From positions 73,160,001-73,224,000 of the forward strand of contig OX597818.1 of the NCBI GenBank assembly GCA_951406725.2: DNA of 64,000 bases. Reading direction: 5' to 3'. The notes beneath the pieces were generated by a model that had not been told where the DNA came from, did no database searches, and was given only the letters and a program-made list of their open reading frames with translations. This DNA is from Octopus vulgaris (taxonomy: Eukaryota). The translations under genes and the position numbers were made by a program. Positions 1-13,224 of this stretch are shown piece by piece. Each line of letters begins with the position of its first letter. Position 1 is the stretch's first letter.

Positions 1-416
1 AGTGGTTTAAGAACCGTTTGTTGGCATATCCTAACATGTCCTGCCACGGAAAAAAATCATATATGCATTGGAAGCGACACGATGTATCAAAACAAATTGG
101 GAAACACATACACGGTGTGTGTATGTGTGTGTGCGTGTGTGTGTGTGCGTGTGTGTGTGTTTGTGTGTATTGTTAGTTTGTCGAGCGTAACGGAGCATAT
201 TCACAATGCTCTTGGCGTAAAAACATCCGAAAGCAATTCATAACCAATCGAGAAACTCACATCGATTTCCTTTTTTTCGGCGTTTCGGTATATGGCATTG
301 AACAACCAAAACAATGAAGAAACGTCGATGTCTGTCACTACGACAAACTAACGTCGTCTGTGTTCGACTTCGTTTATACAGCTCGACTTGTTTATAATTC
401 ATATTTGTATATATAT

Positions 417-471
<55 letters not shown>

Positions 472-539
472 GTAAATGTGTTTGTGCGTGTTTGTGCGTA
501 TGTATGTGTGTGTGTGCTTGTGTGTATGTGTGTGTGTGT

Positions 540-720
540 GTGTGGCTTTGTGCATCTCCCCATCATCGCTTGGCAACCAGTGTTGGCGTTTTTTTATGTC
601 CACGTAACTTAGCGGTTCCGCAAAAGGGATCATGGATTTAAGTATTGGGCTAACAAAATGTCCTGGGATCGATTTGTTCGATTAAAACCGTTCAAGACAA
701 TGCCCTAGTAAGGCCGCTGT
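540..720 (+). mobile_element. Degenerate 3' half of tRNA-derived SINE family 1
   Basis: Matches 27370-27562 and 23700-23893 (catcgcttgrcaacc...gtaacttagcggttc.gcaaaag...gtcctggg.tcgatttg). Confidence 0.7.
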
Positions 721-1465
721 ATAAGATAAATGATATATTTAGCAATTTTTTACGAGAGATACGGGAAAATTGTTTTCCAAAGGATTCATTGTATAATGTT
801 GTTACGATTTCCCAGGATGCATTTGCTCTAACAAAAGTGCATAAGTTTAGACATATGTAAAACAGAAATCTCCATCATTTGTAATTTTGAAGACTAAGCA
901 ATCGTATAAAGTTGATCCTGTGGAAATCTTCCTTATGTGTGTTGTTTGTATGTGCGTATGTGTGTGCGTGTGTGAGTGCTTGTATTATATGCGTGAGTGC
1001 GTGAGTGCACGCGTTTGTGTATGTGCTTGTGTGCCTATGTCCGTGAGTGCGTGAGTGCGGCGTGTGTGCATGTGTGCGTAAAAGCGTGCGTATGTGACGG
1101 CATGACTGTGTGTGTATGTGTGTGCTTACTTTCTTCAAAACTTTGAAGAATATAATGGTGTACTAGGGATTGTTTTGGTATAACATTAAAAAGTAATGGT
1201 TTTATATTTTGACAGAAGGCCAGTACTATTAGCCGGAGTGGTTAATCAATACCGAACATTCAGTACTTGACCAATGTTATCAACTTCTGCTGTGAGCATT
1301 TCGTTGTGGATTAAAAACCGTGGTCGATGTCATTATCCTGCCCCCTTCTCTCAGAATTTCTGACCTTGTGCCAAAATTTGAAACTATCATTAATACCTCA
1401 GTAACAACAACAACAATAATAAAATAATGATGATGATGACAATGATGATGATGATGATGATGATG

Positions 1466-1553
<88 letters not shown>

Positions 1554-1579
1554 TAATAATATTAATAATAATAATAGAT

Positions 1580-2126
1580 GCCCTGATACAGTACCAGGCA
1601 GTGGCTCTCATGGCTTCTGATCTTAACTGATTGGAAGCGTTATCATGTATATTGTTTTGTCTTGGTATAAAAGATGGGCTACAGCAAATATTCTGCTCAA
1701 TACCACAGATTTGCTTGTCAGTTGTTTGACCTTAACCAGTTGAGCATTCCCTTAGTGGCTGACGATATGTGCATCTCTGATCACGAGCAGAAGTAGTGGG
1801 GGAGCATCATAGCCATGTGTTGAGAGGGATTCTTTGGGGTTTGAATAATTCACCTCTGTAAACATGGGTGGTTCTTTCAACACCCTTAAACAACTCTTAT
1901 TCAGGGACCTTTTGAGCGGGATGGGCTACTCAACCTGAAGAAAATTCTAACTGGGCCCCACCTGCAAGGTCATGTGCTGTTTATCTTGATATGAGATCAC
2001 CATGTCGCGCACATATGGTTGTGATGCCTGGTGTACCCTTATCAGACGGGTAGTCATGATGGGTATTTTGGGCTTCGTATATTTTACCCCGGTGTCACTT
2101 TGATGGCATGAACTGCTCTCTCACTC
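1580..2126 (+). mobile_element. ~550-bp non-coding (AAT)n-flanked element, copy 1
   Basis: Near-identical to 8624-9176 (-) and 42841-43377 (+); starts gccctgat, ends ctctctcactc then (AAT)n. Confidence 0.85.
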
Positions 2127-2175
<49 letters not shown>

Positions 2176-2197
2176 GTAATTTAATATGGGATAGCTT

Positions 2198-2630
2198 CAT
2201 GTTATGGTATACAAGATGGGCTGTAGAAAATATTCTTCTCGATACCACAGATTTGCTTCTCATTCCTTAGACATTAAACAGTTGAACATGATCTTTCTAT
2301 GCTGATATATGCATCTCTGATCACCAGCAGAAGTAGCGGGGGAGCATCATAGACATGTGTTGAGAGGGGTGCTTTGTTCAACGTCCATAAACAATACTTA
2401 TTCAGGGACCTTTTGAGTGGAATGAGCTATTCAACCCGAAACATATTTTAATGGGCCACACCTGCAAGTTCATGCGCTATATATCTTGATATGAGATCAT
2501 CATGACACGCACATGTGGTTATGATGCATATATGGCGTACCCTTCTCAGACGGGTAGTCATGATGGGTATACTGGGCTTCGTATATTTTATTCCAATGTC
2601 ACTTTGAAGGTGTGCACTGCTCTCTCATTC
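2198..2630 (+). mobile_element. Diverged, 5'-truncated copy of the ~550-bp element
   Basis: Colinear with 1660-2126; lies between two (AAT)n tracts. Confidence 0.8.
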
Positions 2631-2674
2631 AAATAATAATAATAATCATAATAATGATAATCATAATAATAATG

Positions 2675-2754
<80 letters not shown>

Positions 2755-3139
2755 CGTTGTCCCCCCCTTTTTCACTATCACATGACTTGGTAAATAAACA
2801 AACCCGTGTGTTTATTTTAATAGCTTACAAATGCGTTTCTCTTCTGTAGGTGTCAGGAAGACACTCGGCAAGAAAAGGAAACAGAATTGAAAGAAGATGG
2901 AAACTATAAAAACAATGTAAACATCTGTAAATTGTGTGCTAGTTTCATGAGAAATGTTTCTATATTGTGACAGTTCCCGAATATAGAAAAAATCTGTAAA
3001 ACCGATATCTGTATAATCCAACAAAAAATTTACACAAACATAAACAAAATTACCTATTTAGCCTTAAAATGCATCGCACATATTTAAAGAACCTTCTTGG
3101 TTTAGTGGTATGGAATATGGAACGTTCTTGTGGTATTCT

Positions 3140-3440
3140 TTTCATTCTTTTATTCTTTTACTTATTTCAATCATTTGACGGAGGCCATTGAAGAAATCGA
3201 CCCCTGCACTTATTCTCTGTAAGCTTGGTGCTTATTCTACCAGTCTCTTCTGCTAAACAGCTAAGTTAAGGGGATACAAACACATCAACATCGGTTGTCT
3301 ATCAATGGTGGGTGGGGAGACAACACAGACACAAACACACACATACACACATGACAGGCTTCTTTCAGTTTCCGTCAACCAAATTCAGTCACAAGGTTTT
3401 GGTCTGCAAGTGGCTATATTAGAAGACGCTCTTTAAGGTA
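3140..3440 (-). mobile_element. SINE family 1, 5'-truncated and degenerate
   Basis: Reverse complement resembles 27250-27562; same strand and motifs as 61718-62117. Confidence 0.7.
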
Positions 3441-3732
3441 CAGAGTTGAATTTTGTGTATCCACAGGTTAGCAACTTTTTTCCACCACCCATTTTGTGGG
3501 GGTATTACCTATTTTCTGGACTCTTTCCACAGTTATACCCCGTTCGGAATTTGCATTAGTTTTTGTATTAAAAAAAGGTAAAGGAAGCGAGGCGGGATTG
3601 TTTGTGGTTTCTGTAGTAAACGTTAAACGTGCTTGAAAAAGAAACATGGTCTAATCGTCATTATAAATGACTGATGCTTTCCTTTCTCTGTCTCAAACGC
3701 TTCACTACTTTTCTCTACGGTTAGGAGAGTGA

Positions 3733-3850
3733 AGGTGCCTGGCTCAGTGGTTAGCGATAATTGGCCCACAATCGTAAAGTCATGAATACGATTCCCTGCG
3801 GCGTGCGGTGTTCTTGAGCCCTACTTCACCTTGTTGCAGTCCACAAATCA
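3733..3850 (+). mobile_element. tRNA-derived SINE head, degenerate
   Basis: A-box-like tggctcagtggttag, B-box-like gaatacgattccc, then gtgttcttgagcc as at 53968. Confidence 0.55.
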
Positions 3851-4079
3851 TACTGGTGATGGCGAGGGTGATGAACGTTACCTTACCTCAGTTTATGAAA
3901 GACTGGAGTTTCCGAAGAAACTCGTTGTTTGTAAGAGCGAAAATGAAGCTGGGACTTTAAGGAACCACATCTCTCGATCAGCAGTGCTTCAAGAAAGATG
4001 CATACTGACCACAGCTACGCACCAGCAGATGACTGAGCGAAGAGGAGAAAGGGGACCAGCGAAGAAAACAGGATAGTTA

Positions 4080-7000
4080 TGCTGTGCTACTTGAAAAGGG
4101 AACCTAAAAGAAGTGGCTATAGAAAATGGATGTCAAACATTTTGGGTAGAGAACAGCATGTTTAAAATGGTTGAGTAGAGATTAGTTGATCAAGCTAATA
4201 CTATTAGGAGAAGAAAGTGTATGACACAATCGAAGGTAGAAGGGATCATGAGAAAACCGGAAAAGAAAGACCAGGCAGAGAGAAAGGCAAACAACAACAT
4301 ACAGAATACAAAGAAGAAAATAATAGCGCTACTAAGGAAAACATAATAATAGCGCTACCAATAAGGAAGGGAAAACTGGCTCCATTAGTGATTTATGTGA
4401 GGAAGATCAGGAGAAGTTAGATGAGTTGGAGGAAGTAATAAGTAAAAAGAATAAGAAAAAGATTGCCATTAAAAGGCACCAACAGAAGGAAGCAGCGAGA
4501 AATGACTAGATAAGTAGATTCTGTTATCAGTATGATATATTCTAAAGATATAGGAGACACCAGCTTATCGATTTATGCAGGAAAGTATTGATTTATACAG
4601 GGAAATTTTAGAAAAGTACAAACGTCGTAAAAGAGACTACAAAATAAAGGGAAGACTTTAAGACAATATGTGAGTAGAATGGAACAAGTTAGGAAACACA
4701 TGATGTAAATATTCCCTCGAGAAAAGAGAAAGAATTTGGGAATGTAATAGAAAAGTTGAAATAACGTATCGTTGTAGTAGGAAGAAAGATCTCCAGACAT
4801 CAGAAAAGAATAGATCAGTATCAAGGAAATAGAATATTTCAGACCAACCAGAAGAGATTTTATAACCAAACAGTGAGTGGAGAGCGAAGTACGGAAGATG
4901 CGAAACTTAGTGCAGGAGAAGCTAGAACGTTCTGGATTAATATATGGGATATGCCAGTCAAACATAATGGACATGCAGTATGGTTACTGTGAGTGAGGGA
5001 AGAAGTAATGAGTGAGATGCAGCCATATCTAAGATTAACTAGTCCATTAATGAGTAACGTGCTAAGAAAATGCCGATTTGGAAAGGCCCAGGACCAGATT
5101 TCGTTCGAGGGCACTGGCTAAAAATATTCAGTAGTTTACATGAAAGGCTGGGAGAACAACTTCAGGATTGCCTTAATGGAGGAATACCAGATTACATGGC
5201 TATAGGGAGGACAATACTCATATTGAAAGATAAGAGCAAAGGTAATACAGCTAGCAACTATAGACCAAACACTTGCTTATCATTTGTGTAGAAACTGTTA
5301 ACTGGAATTCTTTCAGAAAGCATTTACGAGCATCTTCGCAACTGGAATTTACTACCAGAAGAACAGAAATGTTGCAGGAAGAAGGCTAGAGAAACGCATG
5401 ATCTATTATAGACAAAGCAGTCCTAAATGAAGTAAAAGCTAGAAAGAAAAATCTAACAATAGCATGGATAGATTATAGGTAAGCCTGACATGACCCCACA
5501 CTCGTGAGTAAGTGAATGTTTCAGTATATGCAGCATAGCAGACAACATAAAATAATTAATTTGCTTTGACATGAAGAAATGGAAAGTAGATCTCTGCTTA
5601 TGTGACACACTCTTAGGGATAGTTAATATCAAAAGAGGAATTTTTCAAGGGTATTCGTTATCCCCTTTAATATTTGTCTTATGTTTGGTCACCTTCAGTT
5701 TAGTATTAAAGAAGGCAAAGACTGGGTATCAGTTCAGAAACACTAATGAAAAAATTAATCATTTGCTCTACATGGATGATCTGAAACTTTTTAGTAAGAA
5801 TGAAAAAGAGATAGATTCATTTATGTTAGTTAGTTAGTTAATTTGGCTCAAAAGCAAATAGCAAGGCCATGTAGGGGGACATGGAGTTAAGTACAGGGTG
5901 GTGTTCATGTAAAGAGTTCAGGCCACTTGAGGTCCAGGGAGGCTTTGAACAAAGCGGTCGTCGACATCTTCACCATCTCGTCTGGCAGCTTGTTCCACGG
6001 AATCCGCAACCCGGACGGAGAAAGCTCCTCTCCTTCGATTGAGATGAAATCGTCCCAGGTAGAGCTTTTCGGAATGACCCCGCAGCCGACGCTCTGGAGC
6101 AGGAGTGAAGAACAGCTCTTTCGAGAGGTTACACTTTCCGCTTATAATGTTGTGGGCGAGAATGAAATCACCACGGCGGCGGCGTTTTTCAAGAGAATAA
6201 AGGTCGAGCGTCCTCAGCCTTTCTTCGTAGGACAAATTTTTGAGACCATGAAACATGCGGGTAGCCAGCCTCTGGACTCTTTCAAGATGCTGTATGTCTT
6301 TGAGGAGATAAGGAGAAGAGGCCTGAATCCCATACTCCAATATGGGTCTCACCAGCGTGACATAGAGTGGTAGGAATATGGCTGCTGTGAGCATTCCGAA
6401 TGACCGTCGAATCAAGAACAGAATTCCGCGTGCTTTATTGGCGGCATGGACGCACTGGGCCGAAGGCGAAAAGGAGGAATCCACCAAGATACCCAGGTCC
6501 TTTACCTGATCGGTCCTCTCCAGCAGCAGACGACCCGGCTCGAAATCAAGTAGAGTTGCAGGAGTAGAGCCGACAGGCAGATGACAGCACTTTGACACGT
6601 TCAGACACAGGTCCCAATCGTTAGACCACTTCCAAATTTGGTGAAGGCATCGACGAAGATCCTCTATATTACCGTGAGGAACGACCAGTTTGATATCGTC
6701 GGCAAATAGAAGGGTGTGTTGCGTGAGGTCGTCGGGCAAGTCATTTATGAAGACTAAGAACAACAAGGGCCCAAGCACTGAACCTTGAGGCACGCCACTG
6801 CTCGCACTGGAGACGTCGGACCGCGAACCATTAACTTGGACTTGGAAGGAGCGATCTGAGAGGAAGGCACCAACCCATCGTATAATATCCGGATGGAAAC
6901 TATATGCTTGAAGCTTGACAAGTAATATAGACTCTAAGACACTTTTGCAAAGATACAGGTATAGAATTTGGCATAGATTGGGACAAGTTGTCAACAACGA

Positions 7001-7880
7001 AGGTATCAAATTACCAGCTAGCCATACATTAAAACTATTGAAAGGAGGAGAGAGTTATAAGTATCTAGGAGTATTAGAATCTGACAGAGTACTAACTACA
7101 GAAATGAAAATGAAAATTGAGAAGGAGTACATTAGATGGGTGAGGAAGCTAATGAAGTCAAAGCTAAATGATATGAATCTAGTGAAGGCTGTAAATACTT
7201 GGCCAGTATCGTTACTTAGATACTCAGCAGCTTTTGTATATAGGACAAAAACTGAATTAGCAAAGCTAAACAAAAGAACTAGGAAGGAATTCAATATGAC
7301 TGGAGGACTCTACCCAAGGGCAGGACTAGTAAGATTATATCTACCTAGAAAAAAGACGAAAGAGGGCTAATATCAGTAGAAGACTGCGTGGAGTTAGCTA
7401 GAGTAGATATAGATTCCTATATAGATAATCGTGAAGAAAGTTTATTTAAAGCTAGAGCCACCACACGATACAGGGAAACCAAAAACCCACACGAGATTAA
7501 AAACCAGAAGAAAAAAAAGACTGAAATTATATGACTGGCAGGAGAAGGCGTTGCGTGGTAGATTTCCAAAGATAGTTTCAGCAAATAGTTATAGTGGGAC
7601 ATGTTTATGGTTGCAGAAGAGAAAGCTGAAGATGAAGACAGAAAAGTTGTTAGTAGCTGCAAATGATCAAGTATTAAATAGCGATTGGATTAAAGGGAAG
7701 ATAGCCAAAAACCAAGTAGATTCCGAATTTAGATTATACAAATCAAAAGTGGAAAGTGTTATTTATATAGTAAGTGAATGTAGCATGCAGGCACAGAAAT
7801 AATAAGCGAAGAGACATGACAATCTAGGAAGAGTAATCCACTAGGAGCTATGTGGAAAGCTATGATTTCGAATGGAATCA
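4080..7880 (+). mobile_element. Decayed R4/Dong-clade non-LTR retrotransposon (RT region), interrupted by a CR1 insertion
   Basis: Frame-broken motifs WKGPGPD, SNYRPNTCL, KRGIFQGYSLSPLIF, NHLLYMDDLKLF, YKYLGV, RLYLPRK, KRHDNLGRVIH. Confidence 0.85.
5820..6921 (-). mobile_element. 5'-truncated CR1-type LINE (RT C-terminal part, 3' UTR, (AACT)n tail)
   Basis: GVPQGSVLGPLLFLVFINDL, FADDIKL, KDLGILVD, LVRPILEY, LERVQRLATR, LSYEERL; one frameshift near 6000 (PWNKLP continues in another frame); visibly GC-richer than its flanks. Confidence 0.9.
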
Positions 7881-7884
7881 TATG

Positions 7885-8087
7885 GTCAGTTCCACCGTGA
7901 AAATAACAACTTAAAAGACCAGGCAGAATCATAGAAGTAGCTTAGCAAGTGCGATCTTAGAAAGAGGGCTGAGAGTCTAATCATTGCTGCCCAGGACTAG
8001 GCATTGAATACCAACTCTGCGAAAGTGATTTTCATCACACCGGTGCAACGAACCTAAGTAGAATGTGTGGGAAGAAAGTCGAAAGCG
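7885..8087 (+). mobile_element. Second R4-clade fragment (region preceding the CCHC motif)
   Basis: Translates ESLIIAAQD*ALNTN...RMCGKKVES. Confidence 0.7.
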
Positions 8088-8372
8088 GTTCGAGTATTCT
8101 AGCAGTTCCAACCAGTGCTGATTTCTGCAAGTACTCCACCCTTATTGTATCCCCAATTTCTTCCACGTACTTCTCGAGATGTTTGCTCACTGTTCCCAGG
8201 GCTGCGACAATCATTGGTACTACAGTTACCTTTTTGATCGACCACAACTGCTTAACTTCCCAAGCTAACCTGACATATCTCTCGACGTTTCTTTCTTCCT
8301 TATCGCATACCTTGTTGTCAGCTGGGAATGTTATATCTATAATGCAGCATAGCTTGCTTTCTTTCTCAAATA
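8088..8372 (-). mobile_element. Inverted R4-clade RLE C-terminal fragment
   Basis: Translates CCIIDITFPAD...LWSIKKVTVVPMIVAALGTV...LQKSALVGTARILE. Confidence 0.8.
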
Positions 8373-8409
8373 AAGACTATGTCCAGCTTCCTATTCTCTA
8401 TTATTCTCC

Positions 8410-8623
<214 letters not shown>

Positions 8624-9176
8624 GAGTGAGAGAGCAGTTCATGCCATCAAAGTGACACTGGGGTAAAATAAACGAAGCCCAATATACCCATCATGACTAC
8701 CCGTCTGATAAGGGCACACCAGGCACATGCATCACAACCATATGTGCGCGACATGGTGATCTCATATCAAGATAAACAGCACATGACCTTGCAGGTGGGG
8801 CCCAGTTAGAATTTTCTTCAGGTTGAATAGCCCATCCCGCTCAAACGGTCCCTGAATAAGGTTGGTTAAGGATGTTGAAAAAACCACCCATGTCTCCAGA
8901 GGTGAATTATTCAAACCCCAAAGAATCCCTCTCAACACATGGCTATGATGCTCCCCCACTACTTCTGCTCGTGATCAGAGATGCACATATCGTCAGCCAC
9001 TAAAGGACATGCTCAACTGGTTAAGGTCAAACAACTGACAAGCAAATCTGTGGTATTGAGCAGAATATTTGCTGTAGCCCATCTTTTATACCAAGACAAA
9101 ACAATGTACATGATAACACTTCCAATCAGTTAAGATCAGAAGCCATGAGAGCCACTGCCTGGTACTGCATCAGGGC
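8624..9176 (-). mobile_element. ~550-bp element, copy 3
   Basis: Reverse complement of 1580-2126; flanked by (ATT)n on both sides. Confidence 0.85.
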
Positions 9177-9249
<73 letters not shown>

Positions 9250-11465
9250 AACATCAACATCATCGTTATCATCACTTTCATCGAACATGTGTTGTAAGCG
9301 ATTATTCTGTGAAGCAATGACTGACCTAGATTTGTAATTTATCATGTTTTAAGTGAACGCCATCTTTCCAAGATCCCCAAACACTTTATCTAAACAAGAA
9401 TGCATTGATTCATATCAGGTGTCGTTTAAAAGTAAGCTATAAAACGTTACATTAAAATTTGCTGATATATAACATATCAATTAATAATTATGAGGTCGAG
9501 CTAAAATAAAATCGAATTATTATTATATCAGATAACAAAACAACAGCGTAATTGTCTCAGTTTGAATATGTCCCAACTGAACACAGGGGAAAATATTTGT
9601 TATGCAAATATGTCGAGCTACGTATAGCAAAAAAATACTAAGGCCCAAACTGCAACTTCAGTATAGTCCGTATCATATTTCGCATCAATGTGCCAAATAG
9701 CTTGTAACAGTTTTCGAAGTAAATAATATTTCACTTTCACTTGTCCACTTTAATCATAAAAAAAAACTTTGTACGTATCAACAGTTTTTGGCGTATATAT
9801 ATAGTAATTTAAAGCGTCGAAGATGGAAACTGTATGTCCCTGAACAGCTCGCTGAAAATAGCAAGGGAGTGACACTCTCCTAATGTCTTTATAAGGAGAA
9901 GAGAAAGACAAGTGTATTTACGTCATTGTTATTCTGGATACAATAATACAAATACAAAGTGATCTATTTAAACCTGTTGGAATGTAAGATTGCTGCGTCA
10001 AAGATTACCTGGGATTAAACAGCAGCAACAAGATGGAGAAATATATGCAAACTCCATGGAATACAGGTGTTCTAGGGAATGCATGGACTGTAAGAACTCC
10101 ATGGATATTTAAACTCCATAGGATGTAATTGCTCCATGTAATCCATCTGTTTGAAGTTTTATATGACTACTCGCACAATATTTTATTGTGTAATTCAATT
10201 ATATATTTTAAATAGCAAAGCATTTGCAATTTTGTACAAAGTGATTTGGATTTTTTATATAGAAATGAATAAAATTTCTTCTTACAATATTTCTCCTCGT
10301 GTAGTAGGAATATGAAAAAAACTTTTCTGGAATTTAAAAAGCATCCAAATAATAAATGTGCCTTGTGTGAAAATCGAACACTGAAATTAACTTCAGGCAC
10401 TTGAAAGTGTTAATCAAATTCACCAGTCTAGAATGACCTGTGAAGTCCTTCCTCCACGCACAACATGTAAAGACAAAAATATAGTTTTGGTTAAAGGGGA
10501 GAGAAATCATTATGTAAGTAACTATCTGTAACATGAGTTTTTTAAAACATATTCCTGCTAGTTCAATTGTTATTCCCTCTTATCTCTGCACTGATAAATT
10601 AATTCCATTGTCAAAGAAGTTCTTGCCTCTATTATTATTTAATCTTATTCTTCGGACGTAGTAGTTATTGATTATGATTTCTCAACTTTCGGGTTACAAA
10701 TTTTCTGCTGTAATACATTACCTTTGGATTTATTAATTTTGAAAACTTAATAACAAACACGTATGTATTAAGATGACGTTTGGAATACCAATTAACATGG
10801 AATGTTGATGGGTGATTTACTTCAGGTTATTATAAAAGAGGAAATTTGAATCTTATTACTCGGGGAAGTCACAGACGGATTGGTATCGTAAGTGTTAAAG
10901 ATGTTATAATTTTGAGAGATATATCCTTGTTACTACTATCATGTGAAGTGATCACGATGTCTGTTTAAATCTACATCTAATCTGCACACTTAACTCTGAA
11001 CCCATACATACATCTGTCATATCTACAATAGATCTAAAATAACACTCTAAGGAATAATACATAAATGTTCTATCCCGATTCAAAATTACTTCACACATAC
11101 TTTATTTTATTTTATTACACTTGGGATAATTATTCACTTTACGGTGTCATCAAATACTTCTTTGCTTGAAATGAAAAAAAAAAACTGAATTTTTTATTAT
11201 TATTATTTTATCTTGTATTAAGTGTACTTTAAGCTCTTTCACACAGGTGAAAGAAGCACACGTGGAATATACTGTCAACAATACTGACAATGATATAACT
11301 GGTACTAGTTTTAACGACAAAACAAAGATGCCACGCAAAGACGTTCAGTAATTATAAAATATTGACAGATTTGTTTTTATTCCAGATGAACAATTGTTCA
11401 AGCTTCCAGATAGTGTCCTGCATTCTTATATGTTACAATATATTGTATATATTTATGTATATATA

Positions 11466-11528
<63 letters not shown>

Positions 11529-11575
11529 TTGATTAATGAGAGAGACGGAAGATGGAAGATACGAGAATGTTTATT

Positions 11576-11690
11576 GTCTGTTGCAGTTGTTTCGACGCAT
11601 CTAACATCAATCAGTTACGGGCTGGGATACTGAGCATCTGGTTTGGGTGTATCTGTCAGTTGGTATAGATGTGTCTCCTCAGTTGATTAC
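11576..11690 (-). ncRNA. Degenerate type I hammerhead-like motif with long stem II
   Basis: CUGAGGA-gacacaucua...uagaugcguc-GAAA-caacug; stem II 9/10 paired; stem I and U16.1 degenerate. Confidence 0.5.
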
Positions 11691-12150
11691 AAGATGTATC
11701 TCGTTAAAATAACACCTGTTCCGCAAGATTGTTTCTCAGTATGTATATGCAAAAGCAACAAATTAAGGAATACAACTTCATTATTATAGAAGATTAATAA
11801 CAAATATCAGATGCAAAAATAAATCCCAAGAAACAAATACACAATTATTAGTAGATATGGAATAATACATAAATATCCTAACCTATTCAGAATTACTGCT
11901 CACATACTTAATCTTACTTCATCATTCTTCAGACATAATCATTCACTTGACGATGCCATCAAATTCTTCTTTGTTTGAAATGTAAAAACTAAATTATATA
12001 TCTTGAGAAATGGAGGCTAGACGGGTCGAAAACATTCTAGTGATCAATATTCTCTTCCATCTCTCTCATTAATCAAATGCCAAACGAACACTGAGTAAGT
12101 GAGCGTGTTTTACGGTAAACTATCAGGTACGTACTGTACTATTTATTAAC

Positions 12151-12295
<145 letters not shown>

Positions 12296-13077
12296 AACAA
12301 CAATACTAATAATAATAATAAACTTTTCCACTGAAACACGAGGTCTCGAATTTGGGGGTGGGATTAAGTCGATTACATCGACAGTTAACAATTAAACATG
12401 ATAATTGTCGATTCCATCGACAATTAACAATAAAACACGATAAATATAAAAAGAAATATTGTTATAATATCGTTGCTGGGTCTAAGCTTAAGGAATTGAC
12501 CAAACTTAATGTTAGTATAAGAGGGAAATAGTTAGAAAAGGAAGTAAAGTAGTTAAATTAAATAATGAAAATTAGAAAAGTTTTTAAAATACATATCAAA
12601 ATATAATATAATATACATGAATTGAAAAGTGAGCAGACAGCTGAAGATATCAATATTAAACCAACGGATCGTCTTGAACAAAAGTACATAGATATCTATA
12701 TACGCATATGAGTGTACATATGCATATAGATGCATATATACTCTCATATAATCATATTCACATACACACATACAGCGTATAAATACGCGTAAATTGACAC
12801 ACACACATATTTACACACTCGCACATATTTACACACACACATTCACACATATAAATATATATGCGTACATACAAATATGCATTTATACATACACATTCGC
12901 ATGCTTACATATTCATCTTACTTACATATGTGTAGATTATAAATATATATGTACTAAAATCATACACGCACAGACCAATATAAATGCAAACAAACCTGCC
13001 TCTTTTACAATTTTATATATCCATCCCTGAAATTAAACAGATATGTTTACGTATATATGCATACGCATTAGAATAAC

Positions 13078-13120
<43 letters not shown>

Positions 13121-13122
<2 letters not shown>

Positions 13123-13224
13123 CGGGAAGGTTTACGAAAATGAACAAAATACGAAGGCAGGTGGAGTACAAACAAACAAATGTATTAGTATGGCGCTCAG
13201 GAATAGAAATAGGACAAGTCTTTT
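13121..13224 (-). mobile_element. 3' tail of the minimal-HHR non-autonomous element, abutting (TA)n
   Basis: Similar to 39430-39520 and 51868-51956. Confidence 0.6.

Noticed and set aside
1580-1660. HDV-like ribozyme at the 5' end of the 550-bp element
   Set aside because: Only one hairpin fits; P1/P3/L3 and the J4/2 catalytic C could not be placed
5927-6373. 148-aa plus-strand ORF
   Set aside because: Antisense shadow of the CR1 RT frame; no recognisable motifs
10050-10145. Repeated aactccatgga motif, and similar short duplications at ~12370, 28200, 32485, 52445/52695, 56260 and 63240
   Set aside because: Two to four degenerate copies; ordinary slippage duplications with no further structure
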